Source: a virus. From it: a stretch of DNA of 64,000 nucleotides. Of this stretch, positions 45,243 through 54,468 are shown in pieces. The DNA is taken from positions 7,610 through 71,609 of the IMG/VR virus record IMGVR_UViG_3300036716_002035, one strand, 5' to 3'. How positions within the stretch are numbered: position 1 is the first letter of the stretch; each line of letters begins with the position of its first letter. The notes beneath the pieces are model-generated. The model did no database searches, was not told where the DNA came from, and saw nothing but the letters and a program-made list of their open reading frames with translations. Made by a program: the position numbers and the translations under genes.

Positions 45243-46048
45243 TTATCTGTTACTCTTCCATCTCTATTTAACCAAGTCTCTCCAATATGAAGGCAAAACA
45301 TCTCCTTATCTTCTATATGTACACCATACTCTAAACCTTCTTTGTCTCCATATTTTATAAATTCATAAATATACTCATCGGCGTCTTGAGTAACTCTATC
45401 CCTCCAATTTAAAGATTGTTTCGCTCTATTTTGAAATTTACCTATAAATTTTGAGTCAACAATTTGTGCATTCACGCAATGGAGATCTTGCGTCCATATA
45501 GGCTGGTTATTGTGGTCTCTGTATTCATCTAAGTGATCAAAGTAAAATATCTGCGCGTAACCCAATAGCGTTCTCTCCTTGCCCAATGGCAACCTTTTCA
45601 GGAAATCATGTTCTTGGTGAGGATTTTTTTGCCATAATAAAAAGTTTTCTTGCTTTTCTATTATATATCTAGCCATACCCATAAGAACTTGACGAGTATC
45701 AATTCCAATAGAATTTAATTTATCAATATGATGGTTGAATCTGGCGTTGAAATTATTAAAAATAACATCGCTGTCTGTTAGGCATAAAAATCCTTGGTAG
45801 TTTTCGCCTTCCAAATAAGACATCCCCTCGTTCACAAGCCTACCTTTATTAAAGGCTGCATTGTTGTATTTGATTAAAGAGTCTTCTACAACTATACATT
45901 TTACAGTTTTATGTTTATCGCAAACTCTTTGGCAGTCAATATCGGACTTAATAGTGACCACTATTATCTCATCAAAAATTAAGGAGTTATATGGTAATAT
46001 ATAATCCAAGTAATCGGAATAATTAACTGAAACCAATAAGCTTTTCAT
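45233..46048 (-). CDS. GT-A fold glycosyltransferase
   Basis: SVNYSDYL, FNKGRLVN, TDSD, GYAQIF, LHIG. Confidence 0.7.
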   Translation of the reverse strand: MKSLLVSVNYSDYLDYILPYNSLIFDEIIVVTIKSDIDCQRVCDKHKTVKCIVVEDSLIKYNNAAFNKGRLVNEGMSYLEGENYQGFLCLTDSDVIFNNFNARFNHHIDKLNSIGIDTRQVLMGMARYIIEKQENFLLWQKNPHQEHDFLKRLPLGKERTLLGYAQIFYFDHLDEYRDHNNQPIWTQDLHCVNAQIVDSKFIGKFQNRAKQSLNWRDRVTQDADEYIYEFIKYGDKEGLEYGVHIEDKEMFCLHIGETWLNRDGRVTDKWI

Positions 46049-46731
46049 TGGTTATCAATATGTCTTTTTAATATACTTTTATACTCAGGCTTGCGTATAT
46101 TATTCTCATCATAAGTGTCACCTATAAATTCATAATCAATCCGAGGTATTTTTATCGGTATTGTGTCTTTTTGAAAATCTCCAAAAATTGTCAATTCATT
46201 TTTGCATTTAGGATAGATTACGTCCCTCAAGAAAAGCTGGTCAATGCCATAATATCCCCCTTTGTTTTTTGTATATTTCTGGTATTCATTACGGTAATTA
46301 ATGTCGCTCGATTTAAACGCACACATGCCTGCCATTATAGGCCATTTTTGTGTGTGGCCTGGGTGATCTCGGATAGTCATTGCATTAGTATTCATTAATA
46401 GCCATTTATTTACAGCCCAAGAATCTCTCTTTGAGAGTCTACTATCAGTGTCTCGCGATATATTTACCTCAACATCAGGATCATCAATTGCATAAAATCT
46501 AGCCCCCGTTATCTGCTTTTCTTTATTTTGTGGTATGGAACATACCTCTATCTCAACATTATGCTTTTTTTTGAGTTTTAATATCACAGGATGGGCCTCA
46601 CAATATGATGCTATATAAAATCGGCAGACCCACCCCTTGAAATACCTGTCTCTTAGTTTTATATTCTCAAGAGCGCCAAAATAGTATTTCGCCTCATCGC
46701 CAAACAAACAAAATGATATAATGCGTTTCAT
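46045..46731 (-). CDS. putative glycosyltransferase (uncharacterised family)
   Basis: IISFCLFG...GALEN, SRDTDSR, IRDHP.H, IMAGM, DQLFL; located in the glycan cluster. Confidence 0.6.
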   Translation of the reverse strand: MKRIISFCLFGDEAKYYFGALENIKLRDRYFKGWVCRFYIASYCEAHPVILKLKKKHNVEIEVCSIPQNKEKQITGARFYAIDDPDVEVNISRDTDSRLSKRDSWAVNKWLLMNTNAMTIRDHPGHTQKWPIMAGMCAFKSSDINYRNEYQKYTKNKGGYYGIDQLFLRDVIYPKCKNELTIFGDFQKDTIPIKIPRIDYEFIGDTYDENNIRKPEYKSILKRHIDNQ

Positions 46732-47399
46732 TTACTTAGTAAAGTTCTTAGTTCATTAATGATATCTGAAATGCCAAGATTAGATCCAAATTTTTCGCAT
46801 TTATGAAATCCTTGTTGATAACTTGCGACATAGTTGCTAGAAGAAACCATGTAAATCAAATCTTTATCAAAGTCTTCGTTTGAAAAATAATCAAAACTCC
46901 AGCCGTTGTGATTTATTTTGTTATTAATTTTGCTTAAATATAAAAAGCCTGTTTTAACAGCCGAATCAACAAACTTTTGGGGGTACTCGTGACCAAAATG
47001 ATGAGCCGTAACACAAGTAACCTTGTCTATATCGTAGGCGTTTCTCCAGCTGGGAATTTCTTTAACGAGATTTTCATAAAACGATCTGCTATTCTCTCTT
47101 AGCCAACTCTTTCCGCTGACAAAAACATCTCCAAGTCTAGCGTGAAGCACTAATTCTCTTTTAGCTGCTTTTTTAAAAGAATTAGAATTTAATTTTTTTT
47201 CAACTATTTCAGCTAAAGTGTCCCAATCCCTAAACTTTTTTTTATTTTTAATATATTGCGTTAGAATTGAGTCTTGGTACTTGCCGCAAGATAGTAATCT
47301 ATCAGCATCGCGAGGGTTACTGCCCCAAAAAAGATCAGATAGCCTATAGATAGAATTATTGTTTAATACTTTTATTTTAAGTATGTCTGCTTTGTTCAT
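46728..47399 (-). CDS. putative fucosyltransferase-like protein (GT11/GT23-type motif)
   Basis: VLHARLGD resembles the HxRxGD GDP-fucose-binding motif; DKDLIYM..S..YVAS resembles motif III. Confidence 0.5.
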   Translation of the reverse strand: MNKADILKIKVLNNNSIYRLSDLFWGSNPRDADRLLSCGKYQDSILTQYIKNKKKFRDWDTLAEIVEKKLNSNSFKKAAKRELVLHARLGDVFVSGKSWLRENSRSFYENLVKEIPSWRNAYDIDKVTCVTAHHFGHEYPQKFVDSAVKTGFLYLSKINNKINHNGWSFDYFSNEDFDKDLIYMVSSSNYVASYQQGFHKCEKFGSNLGISDIINELRTLLSK

Positions 47400-47414
47400 A
47401 TATAATCAAATTTT

Positions 47415-48182
47415 TTACCCAACTATTAATCTTACAGGTACGCCTTCCAGGTCCCTAGGCTCAACTTTAATGCTATTATTATTTCTTCTATGCCAAATAA
47501 ATTGGTGTCTAGGATGTAATTCTTTATGTCTTTGCCCCCATTGAGTAGGATCTCCTATAAGCGGAAGATTGTTTTTTTTACAAAGCAAGCTAAAAATAGA
47601 TTGATCATGGCGATGATCTTTAAATCCTTTATAATTTTCTTTTTTGCTTGGAGAATCAGTGATTAGCTGTTCTATTTGGGCGTATTTTAAATACTCCCTG
47701 CAAAAGTTAATAGAAAAATCAGTTTTTCTAAATCCAATAAATGAAGCCATTACCTGTTCGCTTTCAGAGAATTCTTCGTTATCTAAATCGAGCGCCACAA
47801 ACAAATCTCTTTTGGTATATTGAAATTCTTTATGGTTTCCAGTAAGAGAAAAAGGACAAACTCCTTGTTCGGAATTTCTGATTTTTTCTATTATTGGAGA
47901 AAAGTCTTTTATGATATCTGCTCCAGAGTCAGAGTAAAATAAAATATCCTCTTTATTGAGTAACTCTAAATTTTTTAATATAAAATAAGGCTTCCATAGC
48001 CAGTATCCACAACCCTTTTTCTGGTCTAATATAGATTTATTTTTACTATAAAAACTGCCGTCAATAGACTGTGGCGAATACTGGTGGACGGAGTCAAATC
48101 CATGCATCAAAGCAGAAGCAGAATTTCTAACTTGAGAATTTCTGTAGTTTTTATCAGCAAAGTTTATTAATATATTTCTCAT
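47415..48182 (-). CDS. putative glycosyltransferase
   Basis: GCGYWLWKPYFI, YSDSG (DxD-like), QYTKRD, DHRHDQSIFSLL. Confidence 0.65.
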   Translation of the reverse strand: MRNILINFADKNYRNSQVRNSASALMHGFDSVHQYSPQSIDGSFYSKNKSILDQKKGCGYWLWKPYFILKNLELLNKEDILFYSDSGADIIKDFSPIIEKIRNSEQGVCPFSLTGNHKEFQYTKRDLFVALDLDNEEFSESEQVMASFIGFRKTDFSINFCREYLKYAQIEQLITDSPSKKENYKGFKDHRHDQSIFSLLCKKNNLPLIGDPTQWGQRHKELHPRHQFIWHRRNNNSIKVEPRDLEGVPVRLIVG

Positions 48183-48216
48183 TCGTGAAAGGTGTACTTG
48201 ATATTTTTATGGCAAA

Positions 48217-49059
48217 TCATTTTTGATTATTTTTTAAAATATTATTTAACTTATATATTTCTGTATCTCCTAGGTCGTGCTCTTCCATAGCGTCTGAAAG
48301 AGCAACGCTTCTACCTCTATGTTTTTGGATTTTGTATTTTTTAGGATGTTGTATTGGGAGTTGTTGAATATCTGTTGACGGGTTAGATAGCAGCTCCATA
48401 GCAAAAAATAAACCGTAAGTCCTTTCTAGAACACCTCCTAGGTGGGGGTGGTGAGTAGGCCAAGGAGGAAGGTTGGCCCAAGGATATATATCGTCTACTA
48501 AAACCTCAATCCATGACATTAATTTTTCAAATAGATCTTTATGTATAATAAAGGTAGCAAATAAAATTAAAGAGTCTTTAGTTTTGGCGTTTTTCTTAAG
48601 TTCGCCCATAGAGAAAGAAGTGCCAAAAAAGTCATTATAATGATCTACAACATAATCGTAGGGGACCTTATTGAATTCAGGGTCTGTGGTTAAATCTTTT
48701 TTATTAAAATAAAAAATACAAGGATTTTTATTGGTAGATAATCTTTTATTAAACTCATCAAATACATCTCTCTTTATGACTTGATCGTATTGCCCAAAGC
48801 CAATATAATCTAAATCTTTATAGATCTCGTTTTTGTATATATGCCACGCTGCAGAAGTTTCGCTGTAACCTCTCTCCTGAAATCGAGGTTCGTAAATAGG
48901 TAGGTCTTTTTCTTGGATAACATCTTTAGAAATTGTTATTGGGGATTTTTCAATATTTTCATTTACCCCAAAGAATTTGATATTTTCTAGAGACTCACTA
49001 TCATAAACCTCTTCGTGAATGGATTTATGATAAACTACAAAAAATTTAATTTTATTCAT
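48217..49059 (-). CDS. putative glycosyltransferase (DUF4422-like)
   Basis: IKFFVVYHK, Y.E.....IYKN...DYIGFGQYD, GVLER. Confidence 0.55.
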   Translation of the reverse strand: MNKIKFFVVYHKSIHEEVYDSESLENIKFFGVNENIEKSPITISKDVIQEKDLPIYEPRFQERGYSETSAAWHIYKNEIYKDLDYIGFGQYDQVIKRDVFDEFNKRLSTNKNPCIFYFNKKDLTTDPEFNKVPYDYVVDHYNDFFGTSFSMGELKKNAKTKDSLILFATFIIHKDLFEKLMSWIEVLVDDIYPWANLPPWPTHHPHLGGVLERTYGLFFAMELLSNPSTDIQQLPIQHPKKYKIQKHRGRSVALSDAMEEHDLGDTEIYKLNNILKNNQK

Positions 49060-50063
49060 GATGTCATTTTTAATATATCTTTTCTGATTAAAGAATACAC
49101 TTGGGAGTCTTTGTTGAAAAAATCATTTAAGGGGGTTTTGAAAAAATTCAGAGATCTCATTTTTTCTATTTCTTGATTGCTTAAAAGCGAAATGTATTCT
49201 GCGCAATCCTCGATTGAATTGAAGTCTGTAATGTCTATAAAGGAGTCAGGGTTAAAGATTTCTTTGGTCAAAGAATCGCCATAGTAAATTGGTATTGCGC
49301 CCGCCAGAAATGCATTTAATATTTTTTCAGTTACATAACCCTTGCTAATTGTGTTTTCCATAGCTAAAACAAAATCATATTGAGAATATGTTTTGTAAAG
49401 CTCATTATTATACCAACAATCATTTCCAGATCTTAGGTTTGAAGAAGGTTTCAATGTAGAAGGGTAGCTTCCGTGCCTCTCGCCCAAGGCGTGGCATTTG
49501 TTTTCTCCTATTTTTTCTACTAAACAATCAAACATTGATTCTCTGCGGGGACATTTAGTTCTATTCATATAACCCACGGAAAAAGGACGATTGTTATTGC
49601 AGTGAATTCTTTTTGTTTTCCCCTCCCCTAAGAGCCGTGGGTGCATTGATGCGAAGGGAACGTGATGACATTCTTTCTGGACATCACAAGTAGTAATTAA
49701 AAAATTTCTATCTAAAAATAAATTCCTATTAGAAATGCCATTTATGCAATCAAACCCAAAACCCAAAGGAATGCCTCCCGTACTACCTCTCGCAGACTCT
49801 ATAGAGAAACCGTTTCTTTCTGCATCTAAATGAGATCCTACAATATAAGGCTCAAAACCTATTAAAATGGTAGGCTTTAGCAATTTATATTTTCCATTAT
49901 CCCTACCAATAACTCGACTTATGCAAGCAGGTTCTTTGTTGACCCTTAAAGAAGTTACGATTATGTCATTATCTTTAAGATAGCTTTGTATTTGGTCATC
50001 ACAAAGAAAAAACTCTTCAACAAAGTCTCTTATGTGGACTGGGAGGGAAGGAGTTTTAAGCAT
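49056..50063 (-). CDS. GT10 alpha-1,3-fucosyltransferase-like protein
   Basis: YDFVLAMENTISKGYVTEKILNAFLAGAIPIYYG...FNPDSFI, the GT10 signature. Confidence 0.88.
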   Translation of the reverse strand: MLKTPSLPVHIRDFVEEFFLCDDQIQSYLKDNDIIVTSLRVNKEPACISRVIGRDNGKYKLLKPTILIGFEPYIVGSHLDAERNGFSIESARGSTGGIPLGFGFDCINGISNRNLFLDRNFLITTCDVQKECHHVPFASMHPRLLGEGKTKRIHCNNNRPFSVGYMNRTKCPRRESMFDCLVEKIGENKCHALGERHGSYPSTLKPSSNLRSGNDCWYNNELYKTYSQYDFVLAMENTISKGYVTEKILNAFLAGAIPIYYGDSLTKEIFNPDSFIDITDFNSIEDCAEYISLLSNQEIEKMRSLNFFKTPLNDFFNKDSQVYSLIRKDILKMTS

Positions 50064-50701
50064 TAGAAATCATATTTAAAATAATCAATGTCATCCTTAA
50101 ACCTGTCTGCTACTATATCTATGCATTCTTGATCATAATACTGATCATAAGAACCTCTATCAGATTTATTAAGATGCGGTAGACTTTCTTCCTTAAGTCC
50201 AAGCTTTTTTAATGTTTTAGTGAACTCCACATTTAGAGCATCAAATTTAATTATATGATCAATAATTTTTTCTCCATCGTCATTAATAATGAATGAAAGT
50301 TGAGTATTTAAATGGCCGTCTTTAATCTCTTGCATTCTATACCACGTATCAAAAGCTCTAATTTGATTCATGTCATGATGGTTTCTTGGGGATAATTGAA
50401 CCATTTTTAAAAAATCTTTAAAAGAAACTTGGTCATTTCCCCATGGAGTAGCAATTTGAGTAACCGCCGACCCTTTCTGCCAGCTATATTCAGAAACCAT
50501 TCTGTCCCAAGGATTCCTGACTATGGTAAAACTAAAATAAGAGTTCCAAGTTTCATCTCCAACAAACTTCATTATTTGATTAGAGGTGCAATGCCACTTA
50601 GTGTCATCCACCATGGACCTCTCCAAAAAAAACTTATCAACACTGTGGCCGCCCGTTTTGGGTATATGTATAAAAATAAATTTATGCTTGTGATTAGTCA
50701 T
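50063..50701 (-). CDS. sulfotransferase family 2 protein
   Basis: FIFIHIPKTGGHSV, VRNPWDRMVSEY, LPHLNKS, DIDYFKYDF. Confidence 0.9.
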   Translation of the reverse strand: MTNHKHKFIFIHIPKTGGHSVDKFFLERSMVDDTKWHCTSNQIMKFVGDETWNSYFSFTIVRNPWDRMVSEYSWQKGSAVTQIATPWGNDQVSFKDFLKMVQLSPRNHHDMNQIRAFDTWYRMQEIKDGHLNTQLSFIINDDGEKIIDHIIKFDALNVEFTKTLKKLGLKEESLPHLNKSDRGSYDQYYDQECIDIVADRFKDDIDYFKYDF

Positions 50702-50712
50702 AGACGAGGTTT

Positions 50713-51264
50713 TTATTCTCCAAATCTATACCCAAAGCTTTTAATGTCTTTTGCGTACTTTTTTGCCACAATGTTGCGGGTTTCATCGTCGTAGTATTCG
50801 CTATAATGCCTGTGCTTTGATTTGTTTTTGTGAGGAAGTTCTTGTCGGGGAATTCCAATTTTGTCGCAGACAGTGTTGAAGCCTTCTTGTAGGTTTTCAG
50901 TCTTGCCTATGAAATCATATTCTTTTTTATCAACTATCCATGCTTGGCAATCAAGGGGATCTTTGTTTTTCCAACCAGCACCTTTCCAGTGCGTTAAAAA
51001 ACCATTTTTACACCAATCCTTAAACGTTGCACCTCTATAATCCTTACCATTCCAATGGTAATAATACCAGGACACCATACGGTCCCAAGGGTTTCTGACA
51101 AATGTATATTTGTAATAATTGTTTAGATCTATGTGGGGGTTGCATTTTTTATAAAGTTCCATGGTGTCATGCCTGGAGCTCTTCCAATTAAATACTGACT
51201 CGATACTAAGTCCTCCACACTTTGGTATGTGTATAAAAATAAATTTATGTTTATGATTAATCAT
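50713..51264 (-). CDS. sulfotransferase family 2 protein
   Basis: FIFIHIPKCGGLSI, VRNPWDRMVSWY, GKTENL, DIKSFGYRF. Confidence 0.9.
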   Translation of the reverse strand: MINHKHKFIFIHIPKCGGLSIESVFNWKSSRHDTMELYKKCNPHIDLNNYYKYTFVRNPWDRMVSWYYYHWNGKDYRGATFKDWCKNGFLTHWKGAGWKNKDPLDCQAWIVDKKEYDFIGKTENLQEGFNTVCDKIGIPRQELPHKNKSKHRHYSEYYDDETRNIVAKKYAKDIKSFGYRFGE

Positions 51265-51611
51265 TCTTTCCACCTCAATGTTATAATTAATGTATCTTCT
51301 AAAAACTCAAACTCATGAGGCTCATTAGGTTCAAATAAAACGTAATCACCCTCTTCTCTTAGATACACATTGTCCGTGCCGTTATGAAATGCTATGCGGA
51401 TTTCTCCATATATTAGAATTGGAAGAGTCTTAGTGTTAGGGTCGGGTGCGGATTTAGGTGGTCGAGCCTCACCCTTTTTGCCTTTTTGAAATTTAAATTC
51501 AAAATGCTCCGAGTTGAAATCTGGGTCACCTACAAATGGTCCAATTATCCAATCCTTGTATTGATTGGCGTGGGTCTTAAAGAAATTACCATTTCTAACT
51601 TTTAGATTCAT
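51261..51611 (-). CDS. cupin-fold protein
   Basis: WIIGPF, LIYGEI, EGDYVLF.P..PHEF..LEDTLIITLRW; start MNLKV at 51611. Confidence 0.7.
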   Translation of the reverse strand: MNLKVRNGNFFKTHANQYKDWIIGPFVGDPDFNSEHFEFKFQKGKKGEARPPKSAPDPNTKTLPILIYGEIRIAFHNGTDNVYLREEGDYVLFEPNEPHEFEFLEDTLIITLRWKE

Positions 51612-52443
51612 CTCTATTTGATACGGCTGAAGGTTCAGAAAGCCAATCATGATCTTCTCTAACTCTTAAATTTGTAGTCCAAGCAGACATTAACATATCT
51701 GTAGGTAATGATAAGTCGTGCATTTGATATATCAAAGAATTGATATCTTTAGGAAAGCAAGTTCCGCCAAAACCTCTACTTCCGTCTGGACCAGGAACCT
51801 TAAAGTGGGATTTGCCAATTCGAGCGTCTGAAATAATCGCGGCCGAAACCGATTCCCAGGAGCCCCCCATTTTGCAAACTAAATCATACATCTCATTAAA
51901 AAAACTAACTTTTGTGGCTAAAAAACAATTAGCAATGTATTTTGTCATCTCAGACTCATCGCTTGACATTAAAAAGCACGGTGCAGAAGGGAAGCGTGAT
52001 CTGTAAAGAGAAACAACCTTCTCGGCCGTGGCAAGAGATCCCGTATGGCCTACTACATTTCTGTCGGGGTTTTCAAAATCATTTTGCGCATTAATTGCAG
52101 TTAAGAACTCAGGGGAATGTACAAATTTTAAACGAGGATATTCCTTTTGTACTCTCAATGTAAAGCCAATGGGTACTGTGGACTTAATAATAAAAATAGA
52201 ATGTGATCCAATTTCGTTTATTTCGTCAATGCAGTTTTCGATAATAGATAAATCGCACTTGCCTACTTCTGCCGATTTCATAGGGGTGGGGACGCATATG
52301 AATACAAAATCTTGCTTCAGCACTTCTTCTAAGCTATGCTTTGAAAGCTCTGGCTTTTTATCAAAAGATCTTGTGAAATATCCTTGGAAGCCATTTTCGA
52401 CCGCCGAACCCACAAAGCCGAGACCGATTACGCCAATACTCAT
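51595..52443 (-). CDS. UDP-glucose/GDP-mannose dehydrogenase family protein (no C-terminal UDP-binding domain)
   Basis: GLGFVG, ICVPTP, IKSTVP, SPEFL, GFGGTCFPKD; 282 aa. Confidence 0.88.
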   Translation of the reverse strand: MSIGVIGLGFVGSAVENGFQGYFTRSFDKKPELSKHSLEEVLKQDFVFICVPTPMKSAEVGKCDLSIIENCIDEINEIGSHSIFIIKSTVPIGFTLRVQKEYPRLKFVHSPEFLTAINAQNDFENPDRNVVGHTGSLATAEKVVSLYRSRFPSAPCFLMSSDESEMTKYIANCFLATKVSFFNEMYDLVCKMGGSWESVSAAIISDARIGKSHFKVPGPDGSRGFGGTCFPKDINSLIYQMHDLSLPTDMLMSAWTTNLRVREDHDWLSEPSAVSNRDESKS

Positions 52444-53351
52444 CTGGGTTTATTTTGATTTATCCAATCTTCAAATTTAATCTTAGGCTCCCAAGATAAC
52501 ATTTCTCTTAGCTTGCTATTGTCTGCAAGAGTTATGCGAGCTTCTCCTTCGCGGGCAGGTATATTAACTGAATCTCCACCTATAATTTTTACGAGTTCAT
52601 TAATAGAGTGATTTGTTCCAGTTCCTACGTTAAAAAGTTCTCCTACTACAGACTTATCTTCGCTAAGCGCAGCAAGAATATTCGCATTTACTATATCAGA
52701 AACATGGGTATAATCTCTCCTTTGCTCGCCATCCCCAACAATAGTCATTGGCTTGCCAGCTTTCTTTTGTTTAAAAAAATAACCAACTACTGGAGCATAT
52801 TGGCCTTTGGTAGGGCTGCGATCTCCGTAGACATTAAAATATCTAAAGCAAACAGTCTCTAAACCAAAAAGCTTTGTATACATCCTGCATACCTCTTCGC
52901 CTCCAACTTTGCCGACCGAATAAGGATTGAGGCAGTCCGTGGGCATTGTCTCTTTTAGGGGAGGCTCATTTTTTAAACCATACGCCGCCGAAGTAGAAGA
53001 ATACATAACTCTTTTTACTCCCATTTCTCTAGCAGCCTGTAAAACATTTGCCGTACCAACTACATTAACCTCTATCGCATATCTAGGGTCAATAATAGAA
53101 GGTTGAATGCGAGACTCCGCCGCAAAATGCAAAACATAATCAACCCCTTCCATGAGAGGCTCAAGGCGGTCGTAGTCGATAATATTGACTTTGTGATTCT
53201 CGGCCTCATCCCTCCAAAAGAAATTGTCATTCTCCGCCGCGCACTCATTATCAACCACAACTACATCGTGGCCCATATCTAATAATGTATCAACCGCATG
53301 GCTTCCAATGAAGCCTGCACCGCCAGTAACTAAAAATTTTTTCTTTGCCAT
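52440..53351 (-). CDS. NAD-dependent nucleotide-sugar epimerase/dehydratase
   Basis: VTGGAGFIGSH, SSTSAAYG, YSVGK (YxxxK), RYFNVYG, GDGEQRRDY. Confidence 0.92.
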   Translation of the reverse strand: MAKKKFLVTGGAGFIGSHAVDTLLDMGHDVVVVDNECAAENDNFFWRDEAENHKVNIIDYDRLEPLMEGVDYVLHFAAESRIQPSIIDPRYAIEVNVVGTANVLQAAREMGVKRVMYSSTSAAYGLKNEPPLKETMPTDCLNPYSVGKVGGEEVCRMYTKLFGLETVCFRYFNVYGDRSPTKGQYAPVVGYFFKQKKAGKPMTIVGDGEQRRDYTHVSDIVNANILAALSEDKSVVGELFNVGTGTNHSINELVKIIGGDSVNIPAREGEARITLADNSKLREMLSWEPKIKFEDWINQNKPR

Positions 53352-53375
53352 GTATTTTTATACACAGCAAATAGG

Positions 53376-54464
53376 TTAAGGTACTATTTGTTTATTCAGT
53401 AACATGTAATCATTGTCATACATCTTTTTGACCAATTGGTTGAAGTTGGAAGACCTTCTCCAGCCCAGTTCTTTTTCTGCCAGAGATGGATCTCCCAAAA
53501 GTTTATGAACTTCTGCTGGTCTATAAAACTCTGGATTTATTCCGACTATTAAAGGTCGCGGAACTTCCTCGCCGTTAATGCTTAGAGCATAATACTTCTC
53601 GTCCTGGCCTGAACCCTCCCTTATGAATTCTATTTGTGCAACAAAAAGGCATCTCTCTACAAACTCTCTAACCGAATGCATTTCGCCACTCGCAAGAACA
53701 TAATTCTTGGGCTTGACTGCATTAAGCATCGCCCATACTCCCGACATAAAATCTTCTGCATCACTCCAATCCCTTAAGGCATCTAAATTGCCCAATTCTA
53801 AAACGGGAAAAGGGTGGCGCGCGGCAGAAGGCCTGCGAAAGGAATTCTCAATACATAATTTTATTTGAGCAACGCCATGAGAGATTTTTCTGGTTACGAA
53901 ATCTAAGCCTCTCCTTGTCCCTTCGTGGTTAAATAGCCAACCTTGAATAGCGAAAAGGCCATAACTTTCTCTATAAACCCTAACTAAATGTCTTGCCCCA
54001 CACTTCGCAGCCGCATAAGGAGACTGAGGCCTTAAAGGATGCTTCTCGTCTTGAGGAGAATAAGCGACATCCCCAAACTCTTCACTGCTTCCAGCATTAT
54101 AAAACCTACACTTGGGAGCAAACCTCCTAATTGATTCTAATATATGCAAAACTGCGTTAGCGTCGGTATCGAACGTCTGTGTCGGGTATTTCCAACTCCC
54201 CGCAACGAAGCTTTGCGCCGCAAAATTAATAAAATAATCGGGTTGAACGCTAATAATTACATCTCTAATACTATGGGCGTCATTTAAATCCATGTCGATA
54301 ATATGAACCCTGGGATTGTTCTTGAGGTGCAATATGTTTTCGTGGTTCTTTACGCTGAGACGACGAATTGTTCCGTAGATTTCGTGGCTTGTGTTTTCAA
54401 GGAGATAGTCAACCATGTGGCTGCCGTCTTGACCTGTTATCCCTGTTACTATAATTTTTTTCAT
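53376..54464 (-). CDS. gmd: GDP-mannose 4,6-dehydratase
   Basis: TGITGQDGS, AAQSFV, SSEEFG, PQSPYAAAK, LFNHEG.RRG..FVTRKI, LGNLDALRDW, YRPAEV; start MKKII at 54464. Confidence 0.95.
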   Translation of the reverse strand: MKKIIVTGITGQDGSHMVDYLLENTSHEIYGTIRRLSVKNHENILHLKNNPRVHIIDMDLNDAHSIRDVIISVQPDYFINFAAQSFVAGSWKYPTQTFDTDANAVLHILESIRRFAPKCRFYNAGSSEEFGDVAYSPQDEKHPLRPQSPYAAAKCGARHLVRVYRESYGLFAIQGWLFNHEGTRRGLDFVTRKISHGVAQIKLCIENSFRRPSAARHPFPVLELGNLDALRDWSDAEDFMSGVWAMLNAVKPKNYVLASGEMHSVREFVERCLFVAQIEFIREGSGQDEKYYALSINGEEVPRPLIVGINPEFYRPAEVHKLLGDPSLAEKELGWRRSSNFNQLVKKMYDNDYMLLNKQIVP

Positions 54465-54468
54465 TATT

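Noticed and set aside
52440-53351. GDP-fucose synthase (fcl) next to gmd
   Set aside because: The motifs (GGAGFIG, RYFNVYG, YSVGK) fit a generic GalE/WbpP-like epimerase rather than Fcl, so the GDP-fucose pathway is not shown to be complete in this window.
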